Numbered from the stretch's first letter, positions 40,934 to 50,870 are shown. The stretch: DNA of 64,000 bases from Trueperaceae bacterium (GCA_965213705.1 OZ243913.1:1728001-1792000), one strand, 5' to 3'. Notes: generated by a model not told the origin, from the letters alone. Program-made: numbers and translations.

Positions 40934-41860
40934 GTGGCTAGCGCCGCGCCCCGCGCGGAGCAACCCAAGGGCCGCTCGCTCTTCCAAGACGCCTTTCGGC
41001 GCTTTTTCCGGCACACGACCGGGGTGGTGGGTTTAAGCATCATCGTGTTTTTGCTGCTTGCCACGTTTTTAGCCCCCGTGTTGCAGCCCTACAACGCCCA
41101 GCGCGACCGCAACTTGCAGTTGCGGCTGCTGCCCCCGACCTGGACCCTGAACGAAACCGAGTTGGCGGCTCGAGACCTCTCCCCGACGAGCTACGTCTTC
41201 GGCGCGGACGAACTCGGCCGCGACCTGTTCGTGCGAGTCTGGCACGGCGGGCGTATCAGCTTGCGCGCCGGGCTGTTGGCGGTCGCCATCGCCTTTGTGG
41301 TGGGGGTGTCGCTGGGCCTGGTGGCGGGCTACTTCGGCGGTTGGCTGGACATGTTTCTGGTGTGGCTGGTCGACATCATGCTGGCGTTTCCGGGAATTCT
41401 GCTCGCCATCGCCATCGTCGCGGCCTTCGGGCCGAGCCTCACCAACGCGCTCATCGCGGTGAGCATCACGCAGATTCCCATTTATATTCGCATCACGCGG
41501 GGCGTCGTCATCGGGATGCGCGACTCGGAGCACGTGCAGGCGGCGCGCTCGCTGGGCTCGGGCTCGACGCGCATCATCCTGGCGCACATCTTGCCGAACG
41601 TGCTCTCGCCGATTATCGTGCAACTGACCCTGTCCATCGGCACGGCGATTCTGGACATCGCCGCGCTCGGGTTTTTGGGCCTCGGCGCGCAGCCGCCCGA
41701 CCCCGAGTGGGGCGTGATGATTCGGGACGGTTACCGCCAGTTCTTAAAAGCGCCGTGGCTGTCCATCTTTCCGGGCCTCGCCATCTTTTTGGCGGTGCTG
41801 GGTTTCAACCTGCTCGGCGACGCCATCCGCGACGTGCTCGACCCGCGCTTGCGGGAGTAG
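40934..41860 (+). CDS. Peptide ABC permease (DppC-like)
   Basis: 'FGADELGRDL', 'HILPN', 'PPDPEWG', 'DPRL'; start moved to GTG 40934. Confidence 0.93.
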   Translation: MASAAPRAEQPKGRSLFQDAFRRFFRHTTGVVGLSIIVFLLLATFLAPVLQPYNAQRDRNLQLRLLPPTWTLNETELAARDLSPTSYVFGADELGRDLFVRVWHGGRISLRAGLLAVAIAFVVGVSLGLVAGYFGGWLDMFLVWLVDIMLAFPGILLAIAIVAAFGPSLTNALIAVSITQIPIYIRITRGVVIGMRDSEHVQAARSLGSGSTRIILAHILPNVLSPIIVQLTLSIGTAILDIAALGFLGLGAQPPDPEWGVMIRDGYRQFLKAPWLSIFPGLAIFLAVLGFNLLGDAIRDVLDPRLRE

Positions 41861-41972
41861 GGTGAGAAGCAGGAAGCAGGGAGTCGGAAGGGCAGCCGTT
41901 GTGTAAAGAGAAAAGTGTGTAACGAGAAAAGCGGTGTTGCTCGGGACGGGCTGTAGCGGACGGTGGCGGGCG

Positions 41973-42063
41973 GACCTCCTAAATCCCCCTAAAAGGGGAT
42001 TGGAAACTTTTTGCTGCTCTCTTTGTCTCCTTTTAGGGGAGATGCCCGAAGGGCAGAGGGGTC
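41973..42063. repeat. Composite multi-hairpin REP/MITE-like repeat
   Basis: GACC..AATCCCC-CTAAA-AGGGGATT..TCTCC-TTTTA-GGGGAGA-TGCCC-GAA-GGGCA-GAGGGGTC. Confidence 0.55.
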
Positions 42064-42190
42064 TTACGGTGAAGCGCCCCTGTAGCAAGCTCGAGCCTGT
42101 ACCCTACCGGCCTTGAAAGTGCTCGTCATGCCAACGCCGACTTTGAGAGGAGCGCTCGAGCCGTGCCCGAATGAATGCTAAACTCTGAGC

Positions 42191-43573
42191 ATGACACCTA
42201 CAACCGAAGTGCCGTGGCTGGACGAGTTGTTTTCGCTGTTGCAGCCCGACCAGGTAAGTACGGGGGCGTCGGTGCTCGAGACCCATTCCAAGGGCGAGTC
42301 CTACGACGAGGCCACCCTGCCCGAGGCGGTCGTGTTCCCCGAAATGACCGAGGACGTGCAACGGGTGATGCGCTTTGCCTATCAGCACGGCGTACCGGTC
42401 ACGCCGGTCGCGGTGAACTCGTCGTTGGAAGGCCACACGGTGCCGGTCAAGGGCGGGATTTCGCTCGACCTGACCCGCATGAACCACGTCGTGGAGTTTT
42501 GCGCCGAAGACCTGCTCATCGTCGTGCAACCGGCGGTCACTTACCCGCAGGTGAACGAACACGTCGGGCGCAGCGGGCTGTTTTTCCCCATCGACCCCGG
42601 CGCGCACGCGTCCATAGGCGGCATGGTGGCGACGAACGCGTCGGGCACGATGGCGGTGCGCTACGGCGTCACCGCGGACTTCGTGCTCGGTTTGGAGGTC
42701 GTCACGCCGACGGGCGAGATTATTCGCACGGGCTCACGGGCGCGCAAAAGCTCCTCGGGCTACAACCTCACCCGACTTTACTGCGGCTCGGAAGGCACGC
42801 TGGGCGTGGTCACCCAAATCACCCTGCGCCTGACCGGTCTGCCCGAAGCCTCGAGCGCGGCGCGGGTGCCGTTCAAAGATGCCGACAGCGCGACCGCCTT
42901 TGTCACGAGCCTCATCCAGGCGGGGCTGCCCGTGGCGCGCTGCGAAATCGTCGACCCTGTCAGCATCCGCGCGGTGAACGCCTACCAGAACACCGTCTAC
43001 CCCGAAGAGATGACGATTTTTTTAGAGTTTCAGGGCAACCCCGACGGCGTGCGGGCGGACGCGGCGCTGGCCCGGGAGTTGGCGCACGAGCACGGGGCGC
43101 TATCCTTCGACGCGAGCAGCGACCCGGCGGAACGGGCCAAGCTGTGGGAAGCGCGCCACAAGATGTTCTACGCCGCCGTCGCCGCCAACCCGGGGCGGCG
43201 CAGCGTCGTCACCGACGTAACCGTGCCGATTTCCGAACTACCCGAAGCGGTGCAGGTCGCTCTGGACGCCTGCGAAACCCACCACCTCACGGCTTACATG
43301 GTCGGGCACGTCGGTGACGGTAACTTTCACCTAGCCATCTTTTTCGACCGCGGCGACGCGGACGCCCTGACCCGGGTAGAAGCGGTCGGCCACACCATGA
43401 TCAAGCACGCCCTTTCGGTCGGCGGCACGTCGACGGGCGAGCACGGCGTGGGCCTGCGCAAGCTCAAGTACATGGTTGAAGAACACGGCGCGGCCCTGGA
43501 CGTGATGTGGGCGCTCAAAAACGCGCTCGACCCGAAAGGAATCATGAACCCGGGTAAAAAGTTGCCCGCGTAA
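42191..43573 (+). CDS. FAD-linked oxidase, D-lactate dehydrogenase/GlcD-like
   Basis: 'SSLEGH', 'FPIDPGA', 'GSEGTLG', 'GHVGDGNFH', 'GEHGVG', 'DPKGIMNPGK'. Confidence 0.93.
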   Translation: MTPTTEVPWLDELFSLLQPDQVSTGASVLETHSKGESYDEATLPEAVVFPEMTEDVQRVMRFAYQHGVPVTPVAVNSSLEGHTVPVKGGISLDLTRMNHVVEFCAEDLLIVVQPAVTYPQVNEHVGRSGLFFPIDPGAHASIGGMVATNASGTMAVRYGVTADFVLGLEVVTPTGEIIRTGSRARKSSSGYNLTRLYCGSEGTLGVVTQITLRLTGLPEASSAARVPFKDADSATAFVTSLIQAGLPVARCEIVDPVSIRAVNAYQNTVYPEEMTIFLEFQGNPDGVRADAALARELAHEHGALSFDASSDPAERAKLWEARHKMFYAAVAANPGRRSVVTDVTVPISELPEAVQVALDACETHHLTAYMVGHVGDGNFHLAIFFDRGDADALTRVEAVGHTMIKHALSVGGTSTGEHGVGLRKLKYMVEEHGAALDVMWALKNALDPKGIMNPGKKLPA

Positions 43574-43588
43574 AAACCCGGTTTCAAG

Positions 43589-44263
43589 CTAGTCACCCTC
43601 GTCCCTTTTTGGGTTCGGCGGGGAAACGGTGTGAGTGGCGGGCTGAGGAACGGGGCGGGCGACGGGGCGGGCGACAGGAACTCCGGGACGTTCGGTGCCG
43701 CGTTCAGAGAGGGCGACGAAAAGGCGTTGCAAACGGGGGCGCGCCCTGCCGAGCAAAAAAGCGAGCGGTAAAACGAGCGCGAGCGACATCACCAAAAGCG
43801 CGTCCGACTGCAAAAAGGTTTCTCCGAACCAAGCGCTGGCGACGAGCCACGGCAGCCGGGCCACCATCGCCGCGAGCCACAACTGGCCGATGGGCAACGC
43901 GCTCAGACCCGCCGCGGCGACGGCGAAGTCCAGGTTGAGGACAAAAAAGAGCAGCCCCCAGACGAACACTGAGCGAATACCGAGCAACTCTTCCCACTGC
44001 TTCCACGCTTCGGGCCGCACGAGCCTGAGCAGCAAAGGCCGCCCGACGAGCCGCGCTAAGCTCAAAGCGGTCAGCGCGCCGATGCCGAGCCCGATGACGC
44101 CGTAACCTACCGCCGGAAGGAAACCGAAGGCCGTACCGCCGAGTGCGCCGATGAGGGGCGTAGGGATAAAGGGCAGCAGCGCCGCCATCACAAAGCTGAA
44201 AATATAGTAAAGCGGCCCGTACAGCCCCGCGCTGGTGATGAAAGTCGTCAAAAGGTCGGTCAT
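43589..44263 (-). CDS. TVP38/TMEM64 (DedA/VTT) membrane protein
   Basis: 'PFIP..GGTAFG', 'LARLVGR', 'AAGLS'. Confidence 0.8.
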   Translation of the reverse strand: MTDLLTTFITSAGLYGPLYYIFSFVMAALLPFIPTPLIGALGGTAFGFLPAVGYGVIGLGIGALTALSLARLVGRPLLLRLVRPEAWKQWEELLGIRSVFVWGLLFFVLNLDFAVAAAGLSALPIGQLWLAAMVARLPWLVASAWFGETFLQSDALLVMSLALVLPLAFLLGRARPRLQRLFVALSERGTERPGVPVARPVARPVPQPATHTVSPPNPKRDEGD

Positions 44264-44392
44264 GGTTAGGTTTGGGGGGTTCCGGGGGCGGTGAACATAA
44301 GGGGCAGTCTACCGCCCAGTGTAGTCGGTCGCGTCCGCCCGACGTATGAAGAAGCGTAAAGGCGTCTTAACCCTGTGCTACGCTGGGCTCCC

Positions 44393-45364
44393 ATGAGCGT
44401 TTATCCCCTGAAACTGCGGCCTACGCCGAGCGAACGACTGTGGGGCGGCGACCGTCTGAAGCGGTTCGTGCCGGGTTTTGCCAATTTGACGACGAGGGAG
44501 CCCCTGGGCGAGGCGTGGCTCGTCTACGCCGAGAACGAAGTCTTGAACGGGCTGCACGAGGGGCGCACGCTGCAGGCGGTCGCGGACGAACTGGGGGAGC
44601 GGTTGCTGGGCACCCACAGCGTCGCCCGCTACGGTACCCAAGTCCCGCTGCTGGCAAAGTTTTTGGACGCTGCCGACAAGCTTTCGGTGCAAGTCCACCC
44701 CGACGACCAGTACGCTCGAGCGCACGAGGCCGACACGGGCTACTTGGGCAAGACCGAAGCCTGGTACATCCTGGCCGCGGAGCCGGGCGCGAGCATCGTC
44801 TGGGACGTCAAAAAAGACGTCACCAAAGAGGCGATTCGCGCGGCCGTCGCAGAGGGCACGCTGGAAAACCTGCTGAGGGTCGTTCCGGTCCAGGCGGGCG
44901 ACGTGGTCTACAACCCGGCGGGGACCCTTCACGCACTTGGGGCGGGCGTTTTGCTGTTCGAAATCCAGCAGTCGAGCGACCTCACCTACCGACTTTACGA
45001 CTACGGACGCACGGACGCTTCGGGCAAGGAGCGCGAACTGCACGTCGACAAAGGCTTGGAGGTGCTGACCTTCCAAACCGACCGCGACGCCAAGGTGCCA
45101 CCCCGGCAACTGTCCGAACACGTCACGCAACTCGTACGTTCGAACTTTTTCGTGATGGAAAAGTGGGAGGTCGTCGAAACCTTGCGGAGTGCGACCGCGC
45201 CGACGAGTCTGGAAACCCTGACGGTCCTCGAGGGCGAAATAACCGTGACGGCGGCGGGCGAAAGCGTCACGCTTGCCCGTGCCGAGTCGGCGGCGCTGCC
45301 CGCACTGCTGGGGCCGTACCAACTTGCGGGCCGCGGGACGCTGCTGCGCTGCTATCTACCGTAA
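44393..45364 (+). CDS. Type I mannose-6-phosphate isomerase
   Basis: 'LWGG', 'GEAW', 'LSVQVHPDD', 'GKTEAW', 'EIQQSSDLTYRLYDY'. Confidence 0.93.
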   Translation: MSVYPLKLRPTPSERLWGGDRLKRFVPGFANLTTREPLGEAWLVYAENEVLNGLHEGRTLQAVADELGERLLGTHSVARYGTQVPLLAKFLDAADKLSVQVHPDDQYARAHEADTGYLGKTEAWYILAAEPGASIVWDVKKDVTKEAIRAAVAEGTLENLLRVVPVQAGDVVYNPAGTLHALGAGVLLFEIQQSSDLTYRLYDYGRTDASGKERELHVDKGLEVLTFQTDRDAKVPPRQLSEHVTQLVRSNFFVMEKWEVVETLRSATAPTSLETLTVLEGEITVTAAGESVTLARAESAALPALLGPYQLAGRGTLLRCYLP

Positions 45365-45598
45365 CTGACAGCGTTCCAAAGTTTTTCGTTGTTCGCTTGA
45401 TAAACTAGCAGTTCTGCAAGTAGAGATGCAGCGCCGAATGAGGGCCAAGACGGGATGAGTTCTCCTCGCTCGTCGACAAGGGGTTGCAACCCCTCGTTCG
45501 AACTTCGGGGCTTTTTCGAGTGAGTTGTTACCCGCTCTCAGGCTCACGTGTGGCGCGGACGGCACGGCGTCGGCGTTCAGGGGGCTACCCTTGACGGT

Positions 45599-47392
45599 AT
45601 GACCGAAGACCGCGCCGAAACCTCACCCAGCCGCGTCTCAGGCGCAGCCGGTCAATCCCTCGCCGACAGCCTCAGCAAGCTGTGGACATTGCTCCGGCCC
45701 AGAAAGTGGCAGGTGCTCGGCTTGTCGCTGTTGCTGTCGCTGACGGCGGTGCTGGCGCAGTTGAGCCCGCAGTTCGTCCGCATCGTCATCGACGACCTCA
45801 TCCCGCGTGGCGAGCCGCGCTTGTTTTTGCTCATGGCGGCGGGGCTGGTTTTGTTTTACCTGGTGAGCGCCGCTGTCGGCTACGCGGCGATGTACTACAG
45901 TTACGCGTTTACCCAAGCGGTCATCAGCGACGTGCGTTTGAAGGCGTACGGGTCGCTGCTCGCTTTGCCGCTGGAACGCTTTACCAAGGAGCGCTCCGGC
46001 TCGCTCGTGTCGCGGGTGGTGTCGGACGTGAACGCCCTCGAGACCATGATTCAGTCGGGGGCGTCGCGGCTGCTGGGCCAACTGTTCAGCGTGCTTGTCG
46101 TGCTCGGGATTTTGTTCTGGATGAACTCCTCCCTCGCCCTGGTGAGCATCGTCATTGTCGCGGTGATGGTGGTTATCACCGCGCTGTTCCAGGGGCCGCT
46201 GCGCGCCTCGGCGCGGCGCATCCGAGCCCGCGTCGGCGACCTCACCGCGACAGCGACCGAGGCTATCGGCAACATCGCCGTCGTGAAAGTATTCGCCAAC
46301 GAAGCGTTGGAACTGCAGCGCTTTCGGCGCGACAACGACGACTACGTCCGGCTCAACTTGGGCCGCCGCAAACAGGTCGGCGCGATGGAGGGTTTGGTCG
46401 AACTGGGCTCGCAACTCGGCCTGGCGGGGTTGCTGCTGTTGGGCGCGTGGTTCGTCGTCGGCGGGAGTTTGAGCATCGGCGAACTGTCGGCGTTTTTGCT
46501 GTATTTACGCAACCTCATCGGGCCGGTGATGTCGGTGATGTTTTTCAACAACGCGCTGCAGAGCGGTCTGGCCGCGCTCGAGCGGGTGACCGAGTTGCTG
46601 GAAGACCGTCCCGAAACCGAGGGCGACGCGGTCGACATTGCCGACACGACCCTGGCGTTCGATGACGTCCGCTTTACCTATCCCGGCGACGAGACCGAAG
46701 CGCTCCGGGGCTTGAACTTGAGGCTCGAGCCGGGCGAGACCGTCGCCCTGGTGGGGCCGTCGGGCGCGGGCAAGAGCACGGTGACCAAACTCCTGAGCCG
46801 CCTGTACGACCCGTCGGGGGGCCGGGTGACCCTCGGGGGCCGCGACCTGCGCACCTACCGGCTGAAAACGCTGCGCCAGACCGTCGCCCACGTGCCCCAG
46901 GAACCCACGCTGTTTTCGGGCACGGTGGCGGAGAACATCCGCTACGCCAAACCCGACGCGACGCCCGCCGAGGTGCGCCGCGCCGCCGAACTCGCCAACG
47001 CGCACGCCTTTGTCGAGGCCTTGCCGAGCGGCTACGACACCGAAATCGGCGAGCGCGGCGTCAAACTCTCGGGCGGCCAAAAACAGCGCGTCGCCATCGC
47101 CCGCGCCATCCTCAAAGGTGCCCGAGTCCTGGTGCTGGACGAAGCGACGTCGAGCCTCGACAGCGAGTCCGAGGCGCTCATCCAGGACGCGCTCGAGGGG
47201 ATATGGCAACGCCAGGGGGCGACGAGTCTCGTCATCGCCCACCGGCTGTCGACGGTTCAAAACGCCGACCGGATTTTCGTGCTGGACCAAGGCCGCGTGG
47301 TCGAGGCGGGCACGCACCGGCAACTGCTGGCGCGGGGCGGGCTGTACCGGACGCTCTACGACTTGCAGTTTAAAGAGGAGAAAGCGGCTTGA
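45599..47392 (+). CDS. ABC exporter, fused permease/ATPase (MsbA-like)
   Basis: Six TM segments + GPSGAGKS, LSGGQKQR, LDEATS, IAHRLST. Confidence 0.94.
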   Translation: MTEDRAETSPSRVSGAAGQSLADSLSKLWTLLRPRKWQVLGLSLLLSLTAVLAQLSPQFVRIVIDDLIPRGEPRLFLLMAAGLVLFYLVSAAVGYAAMYYSYAFTQAVISDVRLKAYGSLLALPLERFTKERSGSLVSRVVSDVNALETMIQSGASRLLGQLFSVLVVLGILFWMNSSLALVSIVIVAVMVVITALFQGPLRASARRIRARVGDLTATATEAIGNIAVVKVFANEALELQRFRRDNDDYVRLNLGRRKQVGAMEGLVELGSQLGLAGLLLLGAWFVVGGSLSIGELSAFLLYLRNLIGPVMSVMFFNNALQSGLAALERVTELLEDRPETEGDAVDIADTTLAFDDVRFTYPGDETEALRGLNLRLEPGETVALVGPSGAGKSTVTKLLSRLYDPSGGRVTLGGRDLRTYRLKTLRQTVAHVPQEPTLFSGTVAENIRYAKPDATPAEVRRAAELANAHAFVEALPSGYDTEIGERGVKLSGGQKQRVAIARAILKGARVLVLDEATSSLDSESEALIQDALEGIWQRQGATSLVIAHRLSTVQNADRIFVLDQGRVVEAGTHRQLLARGGLYRTLYDLQFKEEKAA

Positions 47393-47422
47393 CGGCGGGG
47401 CGGGCTTAGGACCCGCCCCTTT

Positions 47423-48295
47423 TTACGGCAGGGTCGCGGGTGGACGGGCTCGAGCCTTGAGCGCCCGCAGCACGTCGGCCGGGTCCTCATAAACACGGTG
47501 CCGTTTGAACGAGGTGCAGAGCGACACCACGTCGCGCTCCAGCAATTCCCACGCGTGGCTGTTTTCTTCGACGCTCACCACCTGCGGAAAGTCGATGACG
47601 ACGACCCTGCCCTGCCACCACAGCAGGTTGTAGGTCGAAAAGTCGCCGTGAACCTTGCCGAGGTCCAAAAACTTCACCAGGATGTCCAAGCTTTGTGCCC
47701 AAGCTGCCTGCGCCTCGTCGGGCGGCAGCCGGGTGTCGGAGAGTCGGGGTGCGGCGTGGTCGCGGGTGCCGATAAACTCCATCAGCACGGTGTGTCCCGA
47801 CTCGATAATGTCGCTCGAGTCGGGGCCGACGGCCGGTTTGGGCACGGGTAAACCCGCCTCGAACAGTTCCCACATCTGCCGATACTCCTCGTACACCCAC
47901 ATGGCTTGTTGGGCTTGCAGGCCGTTCAGGGAGCGCTGGTTGATGGCTTTTTTGATGCGCGCGTCGGCAACGTAGCGGCCCTGGCGGTAGACGTTGTCCT
48001 TGCGAAACGACCGCACCGCCAAGTCGCTGTAGACCTTGGCCGCGAGAAGTCCCTGCGGACCTTCGGCTAAGTACACGGTCGCCTCTTTGCCGCTTTTGAG
48101 TTCGCCCAGGACGGCGTTCAAAAAACCGCGCTCGAGCAGCCGCTGCAGACTGGCGTCGCTAAAGGTCGCGTCGCCCGGCGCGTCCGCGGGAGCGTGGAGC
48201 TGTTTGACCGAGCGCTTACTTTTGGGTTTGCGCCGGTCTTTGCGGCGGCTGAAACTCTCTTCGGCGTCGGCGTAGTCGTTGCGGACTTTCTTCAA
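47423..48295 (-). CDS. RIO1-family atypical kinase/ATPase
   Basis: 'KSGKEATVY', 'AAKVY', 'VHGDFSTYN', 'IDFPQ'; TTG start after GGAGG. Confidence 0.92.
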   Translation of the reverse strand: MKKVRNDYADAEESFSRRKDRRKPKSKRSVKQLHAPADAPGDATFSDASLQRLLERGFLNAVLGELKSGKEATVYLAEGPQGLLAAKVYSDLAVRSFRKDNVYRQGRYVADARIKKAINQRSLNGLQAQQAMWVYEEYRQMWELFEAGLPVPKPAVGPDSSDIIESGHTVLMEFIGTRDHAAPRLSDTRLPPDEAQAAWAQSLDILVKFLDLGKVHGDFSTYNLLWWQGRVVVIDFPQVVSVEENSHAWELLERDVVSLCTSFKRHRVYEDPADVLRALKARARPPATLP

Positions 48296-48494
48296 GGTTT
48301 CCTCCGGGGAAGTGAGTAGCGTGGTTGCAGGGCGTGTCCGTTCCAAATCGGCTCATGACGGCCACCTCACGCCGAGCAGGTTCTCAAGACCAAGTTAACT
48401 GGGAGTTGTGCAAACTAGACACTGCGGACCGTACCCGAGACGAACTAAACCTCGCAACGTTGGGGGTGTCGCCCTTGATAAGTTGTCACCGGAG

Positions 48495-48551
48495 TCAAAG
48501 GCTGAACTTCAGGGCAGACGGGCGTGCGGCTGTGCGCATAAGTTGGACCAT
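48495..48551 (-). CDS. Putative 18-aa leader peptide (uORF) of the RIO kinase gene
   Basis: GGGAGGTGA SD 7 nt before ATG; MVQLMRTAARPSALKFSL; CATACT -10-like box at 48584-48589. Confidence 0.55.
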   Translation of the reverse strand: MVQLMRTAARPSALKFSL

Positions 48552-48635
48552 ACGACCATCACCTCCCTGGATTCGGTAGGGTCAGTATGCACGCCCTCGC
48601 ACGCTTTTGTCAATCTCGGCGGCTTATACTTGGCT

Positions 48636-49583
48636 GTGCTCGAGCTTGTCCAAGATGACATCCAGGAATTCGAAAGCCGGTTGCTGCAAGAACTCAGGTC
48701 CTCGGTCGAGTTTATCGAGGCCATCGGCGAAAACTTGGCGAGCGCGGGCGGCAAACGCCTCCGGCCCGGCCTCGCCTTTTTGGCGGGTCGCCTGCTCCGC
48801 ACCGACTTAGAGACCGCCATGAAGGTCGCGCTGTCGGTCGAACTGCTGCACTCGGCGTCGCTGCTGCACGACGACCTCATCGACGACGCCGACACGCGCC
48901 GCGGCCACGAAGCCGCCTTCCGGCGCTACGGCAACGTGGTGAGCGTGATGTCGGGCGACTACCTCCTCGCCAAGGTGCTGGGTTTGCTCGCCAAGGCCGA
49001 CACGGCCGCGTTCACGGCGCTCATGTCGGACACCGCCGCGCACATTTGCGAGGGCGAGGTGTTGCAGTTTCAAATGGCGACTTTAGAGACCTACTCGTTC
49101 GAGGATTACTTCCGCATCATCGAAGGCAAAACGGCCGCGCTGTTTGCCGCGGCGCTTACCGGTGTGGCGCTGCTTGCGCAGGCCCCGGTCGAGGCGCAGA
49201 ACGCCCTACGCACCTTTGGGCTGAGTTACGGGCGCGCGTTTCAGCTGCAGGACGACTACCTGGACTTGCTCGGCGACGAGGCCACGTTGGGCAAACCCGT
49301 CGGCGGCGACCTGCGCGAGGGCAAGGCGACCTACCCGACCCTGGTGCTGCTCGAGCAAAACGTGCTCGAGGCCCGCACCATCTTGTCGCGGCACGCGCAA
49401 AAAGAGGGCGACGTGGCGCGCATGGTCGAACTCGTTACGGAGTGCGGGGCCGACCGCAAAACGCGCGAGCGCATCGTGACCGAAGCTCAAACGGCTGTCG
49501 ACGCGCTTGCGGTGTTCCCCGACGGCGCGGCCAAAACCCAACTTGTGAAGTTGGCTGAGCGGGAGATAGGGCGGGCCAAGTAA
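48636..49583 (+). CDS. Polyprenyl diphosphate synthase
   Basis: GGKRLRP, LLHDDLID..RRG, GKTA, FQLQDD, GGDLREGK; TATACT-N5-GTG. Confidence 0.95.
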   Translation: MLELVQDDIQEFESRLLQELRSSVEFIEAIGENLASAGGKRLRPGLAFLAGRLLRTDLETAMKVALSVELLHSASLLHDDLIDDADTRRGHEAAFRRYGNVVSVMSGDYLLAKVLGLLAKADTAAFTALMSDTAAHICEGEVLQFQMATLETYSFEDYFRIIEGKTAALFAAALTGVALLAQAPVEAQNALRTFGLSYGRAFQLQDDYLDLLGDEATLGKPVGGDLREGKATYPTLVLLEQNVLEARTILSRHAQKEGDVARMVELVTECGADRKTRERIVTEAQTAVDALAVFPDGAAKTQLVKLAEREIGRAK

Positions 49584-49809
49584 GGGTCCAGCGTTTTTCG
49601 GTAGACATCTTCAACCCTACGACCAACCCGGCGGCACACCTGATACGGATTCCGGTCCTACACCTACCGAACTCAAAGGGGCTTTTACCTTCAGTCCGCA
49701 AAAGTTTATTCTCGCCCTGCTTGGACTAACAGAGGTCATGAACCGAAAAGGCTACTAGCGGCTATCTTTTTTTGAGACAAATTTTACGCCCTCCTGGTAT
49801 CATTATAAC

Positions 49810-49825
49810 TAACATATATATGTTA
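49810..49825. promoter_or_regulatory. Perfect 16-bp palindrome, putative operator
   Basis: TAACATATATATGTTA just upstream of the SD of the GGDEF-RHH gene. Confidence 0.6.
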
Positions 49826-49849
49826 CTGGTACTACCTAGGAGGCAAGAC

Positions 49850-50461
49850 ATGACCGCAAAAATTTCTCTCCTCTCTCGCCCCGCTTTCGAGGAAAAGTTT
49901 GCAGCCTTTGCCGACCAGCAGGTCAGCGTCGCCATGCTCGACCTCGACCATTTTATGCAAATCAACGAGGACTACGGCCACGCCGCCGGGGACGATGTTT
50001 TGCGGAGTTTGGAAAACGTCCTGACCGGCAGCTTGCCGAATGACGCCCTCGTCGGCCGTTTCGGGGGCGACGAGTACGCGGTCGCGCTGCCCGAAACGCC
50101 CGCCGAGGGTGCGCTTATCTTGCTGGAAGAAATCCGCAGCCACTTCTCGAGCCGCCAACCCGCTGCCAGCGTGCCGCGCAAGGTTCACCTGTCGGTCGGC
50201 ATCGCCAGCCGCCCGCCCCACGCCGAAACGGTACCCGAGTTGCTGCGCGCCGCTACCGAAGCGCTCTACCGCGCCAAGCGCGAGGGCAAAAGCCGCATCG
50301 CCATCTACACCGAGTCCAAGATGACCCTGAAGAGCAACTACTATTCCAAAGCGAGCTTAGAGCGCCTCACCAAACTCTCCGCCGCCCTCGACCGCACCGA
50401 GGCGAGCCTGTTGCGCGAGGCGCTGGACGACCTGTTTATCAAACACCGGGGCGAGTTGTGA
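49850..50461 (+). CDS. GGDEF domain fused to a C-terminal ribbon-helix-helix domain
   Basis: DLDHF..IN..YGHAAGD, GRFGGDEY, ALYRAKREGK; tail 'KSNYYSKASLERLTKLSAALDRTEASLLREALDDLF'; SD AGGAGG. Confidence 0.85.
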   Translation: MTAKISLLSRPAFEEKFAAFADQQVSVAMLDLDHFMQINEDYGHAAGDDVLRSLENVLTGSLPNDALVGRFGGDEYAVALPETPAEGALILLEEIRSHFSSRQPAASVPRKVHLSVGIASRPPHAETVPELLRAATEALYRAKREGKSRIAIYTESKMTLKSNYYSKASLERLTKLSAALDRTEASLLREALDDLFIKHRGEL

Positions 50462-50685
50462 CCTATACCGAATTGCCGTCGCCCTGGCAGCTTTGTTCAG
50501 ACCTGGCTTGGGAGGCTTATCAGTCGGGTTCGCTGCCTATCGCGGCGGTCATCGTGGACGCCGAAGGTAAAGTGGTGGCGACCGGGCGCAACCGCATTGC
50601 TGAAAAACCGCGCCGCACCCGCAGGTTTGTAACGCCTCCCTGGCATACTCTTCCCTTGCGCGGCCCCACAACGAGCCGACCCTAG
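50458..50685 (+). pseudogene. Truncated nucleoside/cytidine deaminase-family gene
   Basis: 'LAWEAYQSGSLPIAAVIVD..GKVVATGRNR' but no HAE or PCxxC motifs before the stop. Confidence 0.65.
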
Positions 50686-50870
50686 ATACTTTCGGCGTCG
50701 GCGCGGTATGCTCGCCAGACAGGGCTACACCGTTGTAAAGACTGGATTGATGTAGAGCGGTGTGGACGAAGCTTGAGTAGCGGGGTTGCTGGCTGAGCAT
50801 TTGCTCGCCGTCGTTGGAGGTTCATGTCAGCTTCACAAACATCTGAAAAACCTTTAGGGCGTGTACGTTC

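Noticed and set aside
45365..45598. Riboswitch upstream of the ABC exporter
   Set aside because: Only a short palindrome (AGGGGTTGCAACCCCT); no known consensus, and the gene looks leaderless (TACCCT-N7-ATG)
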